Shown: positions 1 to 10,797 of the stretch, in pieces
Position numbering within the stretch: position 1 is the first letter of the stretch
Layout of the letters: every line of letters starts with the position of its first letter
DNA from: a virus
Lineage: Duplodnaviria > Caudoviricetes
Virus record (IMG/VR): IMGVR_UViG_3300042516_002489
Coordinates: 506 to 64,505 of that record
Strand: one strand, 5' to 3'
DNA: 64,000 bases
Made by a program: the position numbers and the translations under genes
The notes under the pieces: model-generated
What the model was told of the DNA's origin: nothing
Databases searched by the model: none
The model's input: the letters and a program-made list of their open reading frames with translations, nothing else

Positions 1-1242
1 ATCCAATTCCTGCACGATCTCGCCTAGATCGCCAGACTTGCGGAAAGCGGTGTCCTTTTCTACGGAATCAACTCTCTTTCCAATTTCATTAAAAGTACCC
101 TTGATCTGATTTACATCAGTTGTTGTGGCATCAAGAGACTTCTTTATATTAGCAACTTCATCACTAAGTGACTTGAGTGTTGCTGTTAGATCGCCAAAGG
201 CATTAGTAACAGAATCTTTAATTTCAGTAATTGCATTTGCGATTACTTCATCAGCCTTTGCAGCGTCTTCTGCTGCAGGTGCTTCTGGATTCTGAATTGC
301 ATCTTCTACTGAAGATGTAGCACTATCTTCCACAACTGAATCAGACTTTTCTGCTTCTGCAACTGGTGCTTCTGCTTCTACGACTGCTTCTGCTGTTTCT
401 GTTGGTTGTGCCTCTGGAGTGACCTCTAACGATACTTCTGCATCTGCTACTGGAGCATCAACTGTTGTTGTATCTTCTGACATAGGGTTTACCTCCTTGT
501 TAATCTTAGAAGTATTAATGCCTTTAGCACTATCAACTAAGAACTTTATCATATCTGCTTTATCTGAGTCATTCTTTTCTACAAAACCAATGTTTTTCAT
601 TTCATTACCACTTACTGGGCTGACGTATGTCTCTTCGTCAGATGTAAGTACAATTCCTGTTTCTTCATCATAGAATACGTTTTCTACAACGGTATTTGCT
701 ATGTCACCTTTAATTGTGTTTACCCCGTCAACTTTTTCAACTGACATAATGCTTGCAAACTGATTTGCTGGTGAGTCTACTAAGGACAATTCTACCAGAT
801 CATAATCTTTGATGATTCTGATTGACTTTTCAAGTTCTTCATTATATGCATCATCCCATTTATTCATTCGTCCCCCAATAGAAAAACCAGTGTACGTTCC
901 ATCAAGAACTTTTTCCCAAGCATCGCTTGCGCCTTTAGAGATATATGTAGATACATAGATTCCCTTATAAAACTTTTTTGATTCTGGATCAAAATACTTT
1001 TCTTCTTTAAATGAGATCATTTTACCAACTGCTGATGGTTGGTGCATTTCACGAATGTTCCCACGGAATTTTGCAAAAGCATTCATAGATGCTTCTGTTG
1101 TAACAATATCAAACTGTTTGTCGACATTATCAAGAGAGGCAAAACCAGAAACAATTCTTTTTTCAATATCTACTTTGCCAAAGGGCATTGATAGGCGTAC
1201 GTTGTCGCCGTCAGTGGTCCAGAAAGCCTTATTTATGTTCAT
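1..1242 (-). CDS. Prohead protease (HK97-type) with C-terminal scaffold-like region; runs off the window edge
   Basis: Not in ORF track (no stop in window). Manual translation from ATG 1242: MNINKAFW...RIVSGFASLDNVDKQFDIV...REMHQ...GFSIGG...ELSLVDSPAN, then an acidic/Ala-rich coiled-coil tail. Directly downstream of the portal gene. Confidence 0.85.
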   Translation of the reverse strand, partial: MNINKAFWTTDGDNVRLSMPFGKVDIEKRIVSGFASLDNVDKQFDIVTTEASMNAFAKFRGNIREMHQPSAVGKMISFKEEKYFDPESKKFYKGIYVSTYISKGASDAWEKVLDGTYTGFSIGGRMNKWDDAYNEELEKSIRIIKDYDLVELSLVDSPANQFASIMSVEKVDGVNTIKGDIANTVVENVFYDEETGIVLTSDEETYVSPVSGNEMKNIGFVEKNDSDKADMIKFLVDSAKGINTSKINKEVNPMSEDTTTVDAPVADAEVSLEVTPEAQPTETAEAVVEAEAPVAEAEKSDSVVEDSATSSVEDAIQNPEAPAAEDAAKADEVIANAITEIKDSVTNAFGDLTATLKSLSDEVANIKKSLDATTTDVNQIKGTFNEIGKRVDSVEKDTAFRKSGDLGEIVQELD

Positions 1243-1283
1243 GTTGTCTTCTATTATACCAAACATTTATAGAGTTTTCTCAA

Positions 1284-2921
1284 TTATTGAGATGCCCTAC
1301 CTTCACCCTTTGGATTACGACCTGCGGTAGTTGCTGATCCATCGGATTGATTGTTTGTCCTTTCTGCATCTCTAGAACGATTACCGTTTGCCCTTGAGTC
1401 TGCTGCCTGTCTTGGACTAAGTTCAAGTGGAGCATCTCCATGTTCTGCCTGTGGAAGATCAAGAATTTCACGAGCCTCATTAGGCAACATGATTTGATTT
1501 TTAACATATCTCTCAAGAATTTGAGACTGTGCAATTTCATCTGTGAGTGTAAGTTCGTTAAACTTAAACTGAAGAATGTCTGTTTTTTCTTTAATAATTT
1601 TTGAAATCACCTTTTCAAGATGTTGCTGCTCTGGGCGAGAGACCTGCTCTTTAAAGGTTCTATCTTGAGCAAGAGCCGCTGCAATAGCGCCTGAGTCAGA
1701 CCCTCCGAGTTTGGAAATTGGAACTTGGTGAGCAATTAAAATATCGTCACGGTTTTGTTTACGATACTCTTTAAATGATCCATCCTGAATACCATTTTCG
1801 ATTGGTTTCATCTCAAACTCAACCTTAGATTGATCAGTATCTCCAGGCAAAGGTATATATAGTGTTCTATGTGATTGAGACTTTAACCCTGTTTGTAAGA
1901 ATCTAAACATCTTGTCTTCAGCATCAGAAGACAGTTTTGCACCTTTGAGGGTAATCACATATCTTGGTACTGCTTTATTTTCAAAATAATCAATATTGTA
2001 TTGGGATGCAAGTTGATCACCAATAAGAGAAGGAAGTGCTGCAATAATATCAGGAACTCCATAGTATGTGTTTAATGGAGAGTAGTCTTTAAAATGAATG
2101 ATTTCATTTGGGCGATTATCTGCAGTTAAGGGGTTTCTATTAATAGCACCAAAATTGCGGAAGTAAACAACCTTTGGTCCGATGATCTGAACATAGCCAT
2201 CACGAAGTCGGCGTACACGCATTGTTGTAGATGGGATATGTCCGATATATCCTATTTCTCCGCTTACGGTTCTACCAACTTCTAAATAACCATTTCCAGT
2301 TGCTTGAAGGTCTGTATAAATTTTTTCCATTGTTCGTGTAAAACTATCATCATCATTTAGTGATTCTAGCCAATCACGAAGTTCTAATTTTGCTCTTTCA
2401 ATACGATTACGAGCACGATTAGTTGCGCCTTTATCAGAATTGTTCTCAAGGCTCATCATTGTTCGATCTGTTACATCAAAACGGTAACCAAGACCTACAA
2501 CGTTTTCTACCTTTGCATCGATTGCAGCATGATTAGCAAAAGAGGTATCGTAAAAGTTAGCCAACTCATACATGTTGTATGGTGGTGTAATTACATCAAA
2601 TAGGCCATAACCGTTTCGGTAGACCAGGCCAGGATTAATTGCTTTCGAGCCAGAATCTTTTAAACCTTTTGGATCAGCATTTGCTGAATTTAGGTATGAA
2701 TCACTAAGCAGATCAATATTTGCGTTAGTGGCAAGATATCCTTCTTGTGTTACTGCCTTGTTTACTTGTCTTGTAACACGTCTTTTAAAGTTATCTTCAA
2801 GTCCCGCAAGATTTTTTAATTCCTCCCAAGACTTATTAAATGGATCACTATTTTTAAACTGGTTTTCAGGTTTGTCCGTTGTTCCAAGTCGTGCCTCTAT
2901 GTAGTCGCTATTACTCATCAA
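1284..2921 (-). CDS. Phage portal protein
   Basis: 545 aa with TGNGYLEV, EIIHFK..SP...YYGVPDI, YFENKAVP and ILIAHQVP motifs typical of HK97/PBSX portals; adjacent to the protease. Confidence 0.9.
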   Translation of the reverse strand: MMSNSDYIEARLGTTDKPENQFKNSDPFNKSWEELKNLAGLEDNFKRRVTRQVNKAVTQEGYLATNANIDLLSDSYLNSANADPKGLKDSGSKAINPGLVYRNGYGLFDVITPPYNMYELANFYDTSFANHAAIDAKVENVVGLGYRFDVTDRTMMSLENNSDKGATNRARNRIERAKLELRDWLESLNDDDSFTRTMEKIYTDLQATGNGYLEVGRTVSGEIGYIGHIPSTTMRVRRLRDGYVQIIGPKVVYFRNFGAINRNPLTADNRPNEIIHFKDYSPLNTYYGVPDIIAALPSLIGDQLASQYNIDYFENKAVPRYVITLKGAKLSSDAEDKMFRFLQTGLKSQSHRTLYIPLPGDTDQSKVEFEMKPIENGIQDGSFKEYRKQNRDDILIAHQVPISKLGGSDSGAIAAALAQDRTFKEQVSRPEQQHLEKVISKIIKEKTDILQFKFNELTLTDEIAQSQILERYVKNQIMLPNEAREILDLPQAEHGDAPLELSPRQAADSRANGNRSRDAERTNNQSDGSATTAGRNPKGEGRASQ

Positions 2922-3312
2922 AGGCCGCCTTTCCTGCTTTATTTAATGTTTGCTGTGCAGCATGCCATGCACCTAAATCATTCATTGAAGGAATAAGGCC
3001 TTGCTTCATTCTATCCATTTGCTCTGAGTGCTCTTCATCTGAAATACGAGTAAGGCCTGGAACAAAAACTGCTTCTCCATCACCATCATCGCCATAATGC
3101 CTTGCTGCTGCTTTAAGTTCTGCAATTTTTGCTACATCGTTACGCATTGCTTCAATATTAAGGACATTGCCTTCTCCGTCAGTAAACCACTTACCGTTAG
3201 ACTTCTTGTATACGTATAGCCCCCAGTTATACTTCTTTTCGATTACCTGCCTACGCACATTTTTTACAATGGGTTCGCCAGTTTCGGGATTTATTAAAGA
3301 ATTCATAACCAC
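2911..3312 (-). CDS. Hypothetical protein (head module)
   Basis: 133 aa ORF overlapping the portal start; extended -10 (TGGTATACT) just upstream. Confidence 0.7.
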   Translation of the reverse strand: MVMNSLINPETGEPIVKNVRRQVIEKKYNWGLYVYKKSNGKWFTDGEGNVLNIEAMRNDVAKIAELKAAARHYGDDGDGEAVFVPGLTRISDEEHSEQMDRMKQGLIPSMNDLGAWHAAQQTLNKAGKAAFDE

Positions 3313-3324
3313 CAGTATACCATA

Positions 3325-6300
3325 TTAGACAGGTGTGATAGTAAAACTAGACCATGAAGAGTCTCTATATATCTTAATTTTGTCTGGAAGGAACGTCATT
3401 CCGTCTCCATCATCAATAATTATCTTATTAGTTCCAATATAAGTCTTATAAACATCTGATGGATTTACACCATAAAGGCTGGATGAAGACAACACCAGCA
3501 TTCCTTCCCAATTAAAATTTTCATTCCAGTACTGCCAATAAAGATCTGTGCCTTCATCATCCTTTACATCTGCCCAAGGCCTTGTAAGTTGCTTTTGTAT
3601 TTGTTGAAGACTATTTGCCTGATAGTAAGAAACATTATTAAATACTCCTGGACCGTTAAGGTTAATGCCACCAATAAAATTATTAAAATCTAGGGTATTG
3701 GCAAATCCTATTCCAAGAACAGACCACTCTTTAATCGTTATAACTGGCTCTCTAACAATATTTCCATTTATATAATAAGATAATCCATTAAAGGCTTCTC
3801 CTGTGTTATCATTAATGGCATAAACTTTTGCCCTTTTCCCCGCATTGTCTATCGCCATTGTATAGAATTTTATTAGGTTGCCCTTATAGTTTATTTCAAA
3901 AAACTGAGTTGGAGTACCTGAAAAAATATCAAGATCATATCTATACCATAATTGTACGGCACTTACCTGATAGGCATCTGCTAGTTGTTTATTGACTGGA
4001 ATGTTTATTCCACGATCAATGGTTGAACTAAAGTCTCCACGAACCTCAATTCCAGAATCTCTTGTCATATACAAGTACGGGGTACTGCCTTTATAAATGC
4101 TAAATGGATTTTTAGATTTATAATCGTAGTATATTCCAGATTTTTTGTAAGGAAAAATGTCTATGCCAAATCTAGTTCCAATAGGGTTAAACGAGTTATT
4201 GTTGAGTGCTTGAGATATTAAACTTAGCCTTCTTAGAGATATTGGTTTTGTTAATATATTTCTTGAACTAAACTCAAGATGATAGACAACTGCTAATTCA
4301 TTAAAGTCAACTGTATTTATTGGATAAATTATTGTTCCATCTACAACCTCAAACTTTGTGCTTGGCCAATTAGGATATTCAGAAATATCAAGAACTCTGC
4401 CTTCTCTTGCTTTTTGTATTGTTGTAAAAGAATTTTTAAGTGCGTTTGCGCCTTCTTTAATATACTGAAAGGTTATATAACTTTTAATTTCTGAATCTGT
4501 TGTATCGTATTCATAATACTTATTTGATTTTTGTGCTAGATCTTCATAATCATTAAACCCAGAATATAAAAAATTGTCTAGTTCTGAATAGGGCCTTTGT
4601 ATTGGGCTTAGGTATTCTTGGTATAAATCACCATATGTCCAGTTTTCAGTGACCAATTCTTTTTCTAATAGTTTTGATGGTGCTGGATATCCAATATTAA
4701 ATTGTAAAAAATCTAAATCATAGTATTCGTTGCCTACGTCGTTTTTGACATATTGTCCAAAATAAGAAAGTGGTAGGTAGTCTTCCCAATAAGATGCTGT
4801 CCCAATGTCTAGCAAAAACTTACCATATGCCACAGTTGGCAAAAGTGTGTAACTTGCGGTATGTGCCAGAAGTTCTTCTGCGTCTTCAATTTTAGCAGTA
4901 CCGTTTAAATTAAAGTGTTCCAAAAGATTATCTAAATTTAAACTAGAGCAGGCTCCAACTGAATAAATCTTTCCAAAAAATGTATTGCTTGTCGTTTCAT
5001 CTCCTCCAACATACATCTTTAGACCATTTAAATTTCCAAAAAAAGCAGCAACATTTCCACCAAAAGTATTAACTAGGTCATCAAACTTTATTCCAATTCC
5101 AAGTAACGTATTCAATGAAAAATTAGGGATTGAGTAAAACTCTTCTTCTATACCATTAAATGTTAAGTAATAGTCTATTTTTGCCCCATCTTTTTTAATT
5201 GTAAAAAAGTTTCCAGTTAGATTGTTATATATTTTAAATAGTGTTTGTACTGAAGTATTTTCGGATATCTTAAAAACACCATATATGGCATGAATCTGAT
5301 CATTTAAAATGTCAAATCTTGGAAAATTTATATATGCTCCCTGATTAGCCCAAGAGTCGTTAGGTTTTAAAGTAATAAAATTATTTGTTTCCGATTGAAG
5401 TGAAAGGTTGTCGTCATATAAATCTTGAAGTGTTTTTGAGTTAGTAAAAATTTCTGGTAAAGAATAGGCTGGTGTTTCTAACGAGTTTTGAGTTGTTACT
5501 AGGTTATCAAAGGTGCCCTGTTGCCATTCTGCAAAATCTGGATAAGAGTAGTTTGCTGTGTAGTCTGCAAATGGATAATCAATAAATGCAGAAGATCCTC
5601 CATAAGAAGAGTTGATCCCTTCTGGAGAAAGTACTCCTTGACCATAAACCCATCTTCTTTTTGCAACTGTGATTGGTACTTGATAGTGATAAATTGCAAC
5701 ACAATCAATTTCAATTGGCGTAACATTTTCTGTAGAATAGAAACCAAGCCAATCTTGTGATTTTCCATTTTGATCTATAACAGATGGCAGGTCTAAATCT
5801 TTTGTAATAAAATTTATGCTTATAACTTGTTCACCATTTAAAAGAAGCGTTGCAGAATTTCTTAATATTCTTATATCAAAAAGCATTGGCCTATACCATT
5901 CTCCAACAAAGTGAGACCTAAATATATTTCCAATTTTTAATGTTAAAAACCCTTTTTCAACATATAGCCCATCTGTAGAAGAAATAGGTCCAAATATTCT
6001 TGAAGGGGTTATGGAGTCAGAGTTAATTCTTGCCCAAAACTCTATTGTGTATTCTTTGTGTCTTCCTGCTTCATTTAAAAATCCTTGGCCTGGAACGATC
6101 ACTGATGGTAAATTATTTTGGTTAGGCCTTAATTTGGTAACACCAGATGCACCATAGACTAACGGTATCGTTGTATTTCTTGCAACCAGGCTATTTTTAT
6201 TTACTAGGTAGTATCCAGATTTGTCAGATAGACCGTAGGCTTTTGCCTCTAACGCATATGTTTCTGAAAGGGCTATGTCCGAAGGAAGTAGTTCTTTTTG

Positions 6301-6912
6301 AACGCCCAAAGATACTGCATTAAATTCTTCAGACCATTGGCCTACTGTAATTCCATTAAACAAAATTTGATAATCATTTGTAGAAAAGCCGCCCGTTAAT
6401 GTATTAAATTTAATAAAAATACGAAAATTTGCATTTTCATTAGGAATATCAAATGTTGCAGATATTAAGGACCAGTTTGCATATACTGGATCTGAGAATG
6501 TTTCAAATTTTCTAACAAGTTGTGAAGATGTTGTGTCTGTATATTCTATCCCTATAGAAATTGAACTAACATACACACTGTTTAAATAAAAGTATGTTCC
6601 TACAGAAATAGTTCCTAGATCAAGATCAAGATCACTAAAGTTTTTAAGATCTGGACTCCAAGCAATAACCTCTTCTCCATCAACCGTTGGAACGTTTGCA
6701 GAAATACTCGATGTGTAACTATCTTGAAAAGGTGCATCTGATGGTGTTGATACTAGGCTTGCTACTCCACCAGTCTCATTCCAAAGTGATGAGATATTTC
6801 TTTGTGCTTCTGTTATTAAACTTACGTAGTCAGCCTTATCGTCAAGTGCCCACAAAACCAGTGGGTGTTCTGAGAAAATTTTCTCTGCATATAAATTTGA
6901 CGGGTTAGACAT
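3325..6912 (-). CDS. Large virion structural protein (tail/baseplate-like, possible lectin/LamG-type beta domains)
   Basis: 1195 aa, aromatic/beta-rich, YTIEFW motif, RBS AGGAG, structural-gene context. Confidence 0.6.
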   Translation of the reverse strand: MSNPSNLYAEKIFSEHPLVLWALDDKADYVSLITEAQRNISSLWNETGGVASLVSTPSDAPFQDSYTSSISANVPTVDGEEVIAWSPDLKNFSDLDLDLGTISVGTYFYLNSVYVSSISIGIEYTDTTSSQLVRKFETFSDPVYANWSLISATFDIPNENANFRIFIKFNTLTGGFSTNDYQILFNGITVGQWSEEFNAVSLGVQKELLPSDIALSETYALEAKAYGLSDKSGYYLVNKNSLVARNTTIPLVYGASGVTKLRPNQNNLPSVIVPGQGFLNEAGRHKEYTIEFWARINSDSITPSRIFGPISSTDGLYVEKGFLTLKIGNIFRSHFVGEWYRPMLFDIRILRNSATLLLNGEQVISINFITKDLDLPSVIDQNGKSQDWLGFYSTENVTPIEIDCVAIYHYQVPITVAKRRWVYGQGVLSPEGINSSYGGSSAFIDYPFADYTANYSYPDFAEWQQGTFDNLVTTQNSLETPAYSLPEIFTNSKTLQDLYDDNLSLQSETNNFITLKPNDSWANQGAYINFPRFDILNDQIHAIYGVFKISENTSVQTLFKIYNNLTGNFFTIKKDGAKIDYYLTFNGIEEEFYSIPNFSLNTLLGIGIKFDDLVNTFGGNVAAFFGNLNGLKMYVGGDETTSNTFFGKIYSVGACSSLNLDNLLEHFNLNGTAKIEDAEELLAHTASYTLLPTVAYGKFLLDIGTASYWEDYLPLSYFGQYVKNDVGNEYYDLDFLQFNIGYPAPSKLLEKELVTENWTYGDLYQEYLSPIQRPYSELDNFLYSGFNDYEDLAQKSNKYYEYDTTDSEIKSYITFQYIKEGANALKNSFTTIQKAREGRVLDISEYPNWPSTKFEVVDGTIIYPINTVDFNELAVVYHLEFSSRNILTKPISLRRLSLISQALNNNSFNPIGTRFGIDIFPYKKSGIYYDYKSKNPFSIYKGSTPYLYMTRDSGIEVRGDFSSTIDRGINIPVNKQLADAYQVSAVQLWYRYDLDIFSGTPTQFFEINYKGNLIKFYTMAIDNAGKRAKVYAINDNTGEAFNGLSYYINGNIVREPVITIKEWSVLGIGFANTLDFNNFIGGINLNGPGVFNNVSYYQANSLQQIQKQLTRPWADVKDDEGTDLYWQYWNENFNWEGMLVLSSSSLYGVNPSDVYKTYIGTNKIIIDDGDGMTFLPDKIKIYRDSSWSSFTITPV

Positions 6913-6947
6913 AATTCTCCTATAACCTTATTATAGCAGGCTAGAGA

Positions 6948-8981
6948 CTAGTAAAACTTAATCTCGCATGCGTCGGTTGAGCAATATGCTTCGCCCTCTG
7001 CCTCAAGATTTTCTAGTCCATCATAAATAGCAGACCAGTCAATTTTACCGATTTTGCCTACATATGAGTTATATTCTTCTCTTGTAATTTCTGTATAGGG
7101 TTGCTGTGGATATGTTTTATTTCCCATTGGAAGAAATGAAACTGCTTTTAGTTGTCCCTCATACATATTTAAGGCTGGAGCAATAAATTTTGTTTCCTCT
7201 TCTTTGTCAAAAGAAAGAGTTACAGAAACACCATTATCTGACCAATACTTCTGAGCAGTTGCTGCCAAACCAATTTTTTCAAATAGGCTAACTTGTTTCT
7301 CTGCACGTTTGTGTCCAGATGCTACTGGGAAATACACTACCTGTGTGTTTGCTGATACAAGGTCTGATTCAATCTTATACCCCGCTGCTTTAAACAAATG
7401 AAGCATAGGATCGGTATTTCCAAAACGAATAGCACGAAGATAAAACTCTCCACCAGGTCCCCAGTGAACTCCAGGGGTTGCACCAGATAGTAGTGACACA
7501 GAGCCTGAAGGCTTAACTGTTGTTACACGAACTGATTCACGGACACATAGCCACTCTGAATATGAGTGATCATATTTACGAATTGTGTTGTATCCCTCAT
7601 CCATCCACTCACGAATTACTGGAAGACCATGCTCATCAGCAAATGCAGCAATGCCTGTAAGAGATGTACCAATGCGACGGTTACGTTGCATGATCCCGTT
7701 TGTCTGCTGCCAGTGTGTTGGCATAAGAGTTACAGTCTTTCCGTAAAGGTAAGCAAACTTTAACGTCTTGAGGAAGTCCTCCTTAGATTCATGTCGGTTT
7801 AAGTGAACCTCTACAAGAGTACAAAGTTCATACGACTCCAATGGCTGCTCCGCACAAGGGTTAAAGCCCATGATACGAGTGTCTTTATAATCAGGAGCAT
7901 CCGCAAGGCGGCCATAATTACGTGCAACATCAAGCCAGATAAAACCTGGTTCTCCGTTGTCTGCAATTAAATCCACATAGTCTTCATATTTTGTTCCAAC
8001 CTCAGCAGCGATTGAGTTGTTGCTCATCCATGCCCAACCTGGCTTTTCTGGATCATATGAATTTCTTTCTGGGAATACTTCTGGGTTCTTGAGATTAATA
8101 AAACCTTCATCTTCTGGAACGCCGAGTGCAAGAGTAGCAGAACGACGAACATTTCCAGAAACAACGCAGGTACCAATAAGATTTACAATATCTACAATAG
8201 CACGGCTATCAAGTGCTTCTCCTGCTCTAGAACCGATTACATTACGAATGCGTGTATGGAGATCAATAAGTGGTGCTGGACCGCTTGCAACGCCTCCAAA
8301 GCCCTTAATAGGTGCTCCTAGAGGTCGGATAAGGTCATAGTTGAATTCCTGAATAGGCTGGTTTGCACGAAGAAATGAATTGATGAGTAATCTAACAGAT
8401 TCTACCCATCCTTCACGAGTATCAGGAATTTCATAAATAGAGGCTGGTTCTGTAGGTGCATAAATAGACATTTGCTTGTCTTGTCCAAGGGTATCAAACC
8501 CTACACCAATACCTAACATTAATGCATCCATTACCCAAGCAAAAAGAGCACCTGGATCATTACGATCAATGTCACGAGTAGAGACCATTGCACAGTTTTG
8601 AAGGGATGCAGAGTTACGCTTTTCCATAGTCATAGGAGTTCCAAATGCCCAGAGACCACGACCTGGTGGAGTCCACTTCAATTCAAACATTCTTTGAAAT
8701 GCTTCCTGAGCAGACTTCTGAGCCTTATTGTCATTCCATGGTAGGCGATTGTCCTTAGCGTGATTCTTTTGAACTGAGTACATACCCTCAATTACACGAC
8801 GGCATACTTCATGCCAGCGTTCCTTTGTACCGTCTTCTTTAACACGAGAATATGTGCGAATAAATGTTATCTCTCCCAAAGAGTTAGATCCTGCATCTGA
8901 GAATCCAAATGGTGCGGGTATGGTTTGATATTTATTTACAAATTCTTCCGATAGACGAAACGAAAATACGCTTTCTGACAT
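6948..8981 (-). CDS. nrdJ: Class II (adenosylcobalamin-dependent) ribonucleotide reductase
   Basis: RTYSR, PPGRGLW, LQNC, NPCAEQ.L..YELC.L, TTVKPSGSVS motifs and C-terminal C-x4-C (YCSTDACE). Confidence 0.95.
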   Translation of the reverse strand: MSESVFSFRLSEEFVNKYQTIPAPFGFSDAGSNSLGEITFIRTYSRVKEDGTKERWHEVCRRVIEGMYSVQKNHAKDNRLPWNDNKAQKSAQEAFQRMFELKWTPPGRGLWAFGTPMTMEKRNSASLQNCAMVSTRDIDRNDPGALFAWVMDALMLGIGVGFDTLGQDKQMSIYAPTEPASIYEIPDTREGWVESVRLLINSFLRANQPIQEFNYDLIRPLGAPIKGFGGVASGPAPLIDLHTRIRNVIGSRAGEALDSRAIVDIVNLIGTCVVSGNVRRSATLALGVPEDEGFINLKNPEVFPERNSYDPEKPGWAWMSNNSIAAEVGTKYEDYVDLIADNGEPGFIWLDVARNYGRLADAPDYKDTRIMGFNPCAEQPLESYELCTLVEVHLNRHESKEDFLKTLKFAYLYGKTVTLMPTHWQQTNGIMQRNRRIGTSLTGIAAFADEHGLPVIREWMDEGYNTIRKYDHSYSEWLCVRESVRVTTVKPSGSVSLLSGATPGVHWGPGGEFYLRAIRFGNTDPMLHLFKAAGYKIESDLVSANTQVVYFPVASGHKRAEKQVSLFEKIGLAATAQKYWSDNGVSVTLSFDKEEETKFIAPALNMYEGQLKAVSFLPMGNKTYPQQPYTEITREEYNSYVGKIGKIDWSAIYDGLENLEAEGEAYCSTDACEIKFY

Positions 8982-9068
8982 TTATATATACCTTTCAAAG
9001 TAAAATTAGATGAGTACTTCTTAATTTACGAAGTAGTCTTAAGTATATCACAAGTTTAAAAAGAAAAA

Positions 9069-9087
9069 CACGCTCAATAAGAGCGTG
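9069..9087 (-). terminator. Intrinsic terminator hairpin
   Basis: CACGCTC-AATAA-GAGCGTG inverted repeat with a flanking A/T tract, downstream of the 9131 gene. Confidence 0.55.
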
Positions 9088-9130
9088 TAAATCTTTAGTT
9101 TAGAGTTAGTACTCTAAATATTTAGAAGCA

Positions 9131-10282
9131 CTAGCAACCTACAAGCATTAACTCGCTAAATGCTGCGCCTTGTGATGGAGTAATCCACTGAACTCCAGAA
9201 CCAGTTGAAGAAAGAACTTGTCCTGATGTTCCTGTTGCGCTGCCTGCTGTAAGTGACCCAGTTAGAGTTGCATCTGAAAGTGTAAGTGCTGTAATTGTTG
9301 TTACGGTTGCACCTGAAGCAATTGATGTTGATCCGAGAGTAGGTGCTGAATATCCTGAAATTGTTCCCCAAGAGGTTGAAGTTCCGTCAGTTGTTAGGTA
9401 CTTTCCTGAGTTACCAGATTGTGAAGCAACTAAATCAGTACCATTATATTTCAAAGTTTTTCCTGATGCAAGATTAATATGTTCTGATGAAGTCCAAGCG
9501 TCTGTAGCATCTACCCAGTTAAAGGTTTTATCAGTTGCGCCCTTAAGTGTAATACCTCCGCCATCAGCAGTTGTATCTGTTGGGCTTGCTGCATCTCCAA
9601 GAACAATGTTCTTATCTTCTACGACAAGACTAGTTGAGTTGATATTTGTTGTGGTTCCGTTTACGGTCAAATCACCAGAAAGTGTTAAGTTTGCTGCAGA
9701 AACCGTACCTGTAAATGTTGGATCTGCTTTTGGAGCAAGTGCATTTAACTGTGTCTGAATTGCTGAAGTAACACCATCTACATAATTAAGTTCTGTAGCG
9801 GTTGCTGTAATAGCAACATCTTCGTTAATCTTTGGAGATGTTAAAGTCTTATTGGTAAGAGTTTCTGTCTTAGATGCTGTTGACTTATCATCCAACTGAG
9901 TCTGAATTGCTGAAGTAACACCATTAAGGTATCCAATTTCAGTATCTGAAACATCAGTTACTCTAAGTTGAACTGTTCCTGTTGCATTAGGAAATGTAAT
10001 TGTACGATCCTCTGTAGGATCTGTAACCGCAAGAGTGGTCTCATATGAGTCTGCTGTTGCGCCTTCAAATGTAATACTTGTTCCAAATGAAGGGTTGGCT
10101 ATTGAGTTAGCATCAATAAAGTAATCGAGGCTTGCCCAGTGATTAACACCATCGCCAATCTTAAACTTATTTGTGTCTGACTCAAAACCAATTTCTCCTG
10201 CATTCAGGATTGGGCCTAGGCCTTCGTTTGAAGATACCCACTGTGAAGCAGTTCCTCTACGCTGTTGCATTCTTGTTGCCAT
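9131..10282 (-). CDS. Tail fibre-like protein with Mtd N-terminal-like domain
   Basis: N-terminal RMQQRRGT..QW....L..GEIGFESDTNKFKIGDG...W..L motif; Thr-rich repeat modules. Confidence 0.75.
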   Translation of the reverse strand: MATRMQQRRGTASQWVSSNEGLGPILNAGEIGFESDTNKFKIGDGVNHWASLDYFIDANSIANPSFGTSITFEGATADSYETTLAVTDPTEDRTITFPNATGTVQLRVTDVSDTEIGYLNGVTSAIQTQLDDKSTASKTETLTNKTLTSPKINEDVAITATATELNYVDGVTSAIQTQLNALAPKADPTFTGTVSAANLTLSGDLTVNGTTTNINSTSLVVEDKNIVLGDAASPTDTTADGGGITLKGATDKTFNWVDATDAWTSSEHINLASGKTLKYNGTDLVASQSGNSGKYLTTDGTSTSWGTISGYSAPTLGSTSIASGATVTTITALTLSDATLTGSLTAGSATGTSGQVLSSTGSGVQWITPSQGAAFSELMLVGC

Positions 10283-10325
10283 TTATTTACTCCTCCATAG
10301 GTGTGTAATCATATTATATCAGGTT

Positions 10326-10778
10326 TTAATTAAAGACTTCTGTTGCAATTCCGCCATCATACGTGACAGACCAACTGTTTGTATTATAAAAGCCAGCGTC
10401 CTCTGTGGCGCCTGCTTCATTGTAAAACCCTGCGTCTTTAAATGTTGAAACAATCAGGCCAGTTCCATCAATTGCTGTATCGTGGATGTGTTGTGCTATC
10501 TCTATTGTGTCATTTAGTGAAGCAAGTGTGTTCCATTGACCATTGTAATAAAAGGCAAGTCTGTTTTCTATTGTATCAATAAAAAGTTGTCCATTTTCAG
10601 CAGAAACTGGTGCGGATGAAGCAGTTTCAACTAGTAACTCTTTAGCATCTACATAAAGTTTAGTTGCTGCATGTGCATTTTCAGTAGGGGTGCCAACTGT
10701 GACAGCCTGACCAAAAGTACCGCCTTGGGCTACATCTAGCCCATGCTTTACTTTAAAGTCTCTATTAGTTGTTGTCAC
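10326..10778 (-). CDS. Virion fibre-associated protein
   Basis: DFKVKHGL N-terminus shared with the next gene; HAATKLYVD motif. Confidence 0.6.
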   Translation of the reverse strand: MTTTNRDFKVKHGLDVAQGGTFGQAVTVGTPTENAHAATKLYVDAKELLVETASSAPVSAENGQLFIDTIENRLAFYYNGQWNTLASLNDTIEIAQHIHDTAIDGTGLIVSTFKDAGFYNEAGATEDAGFYNTNSWSVTYDGGIATEVFN

Positions 10779-10797
10779 AGTTGACTCCCGTCTCTAA

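Noticed and set aside
6948-8981. Intein/intron in nrdJ or NrdR box upstream
   Set aside because: ORF length and motif spacing leave no room for an insertion, and no convincing NrdR palindrome was seen.
9131-10282. Diversity-generating retroelement suggested by the Mtd-N-like domain
   Set aside because: No reverse transcriptase and no template/variable repeat pair differing at adenines was seen in the window.
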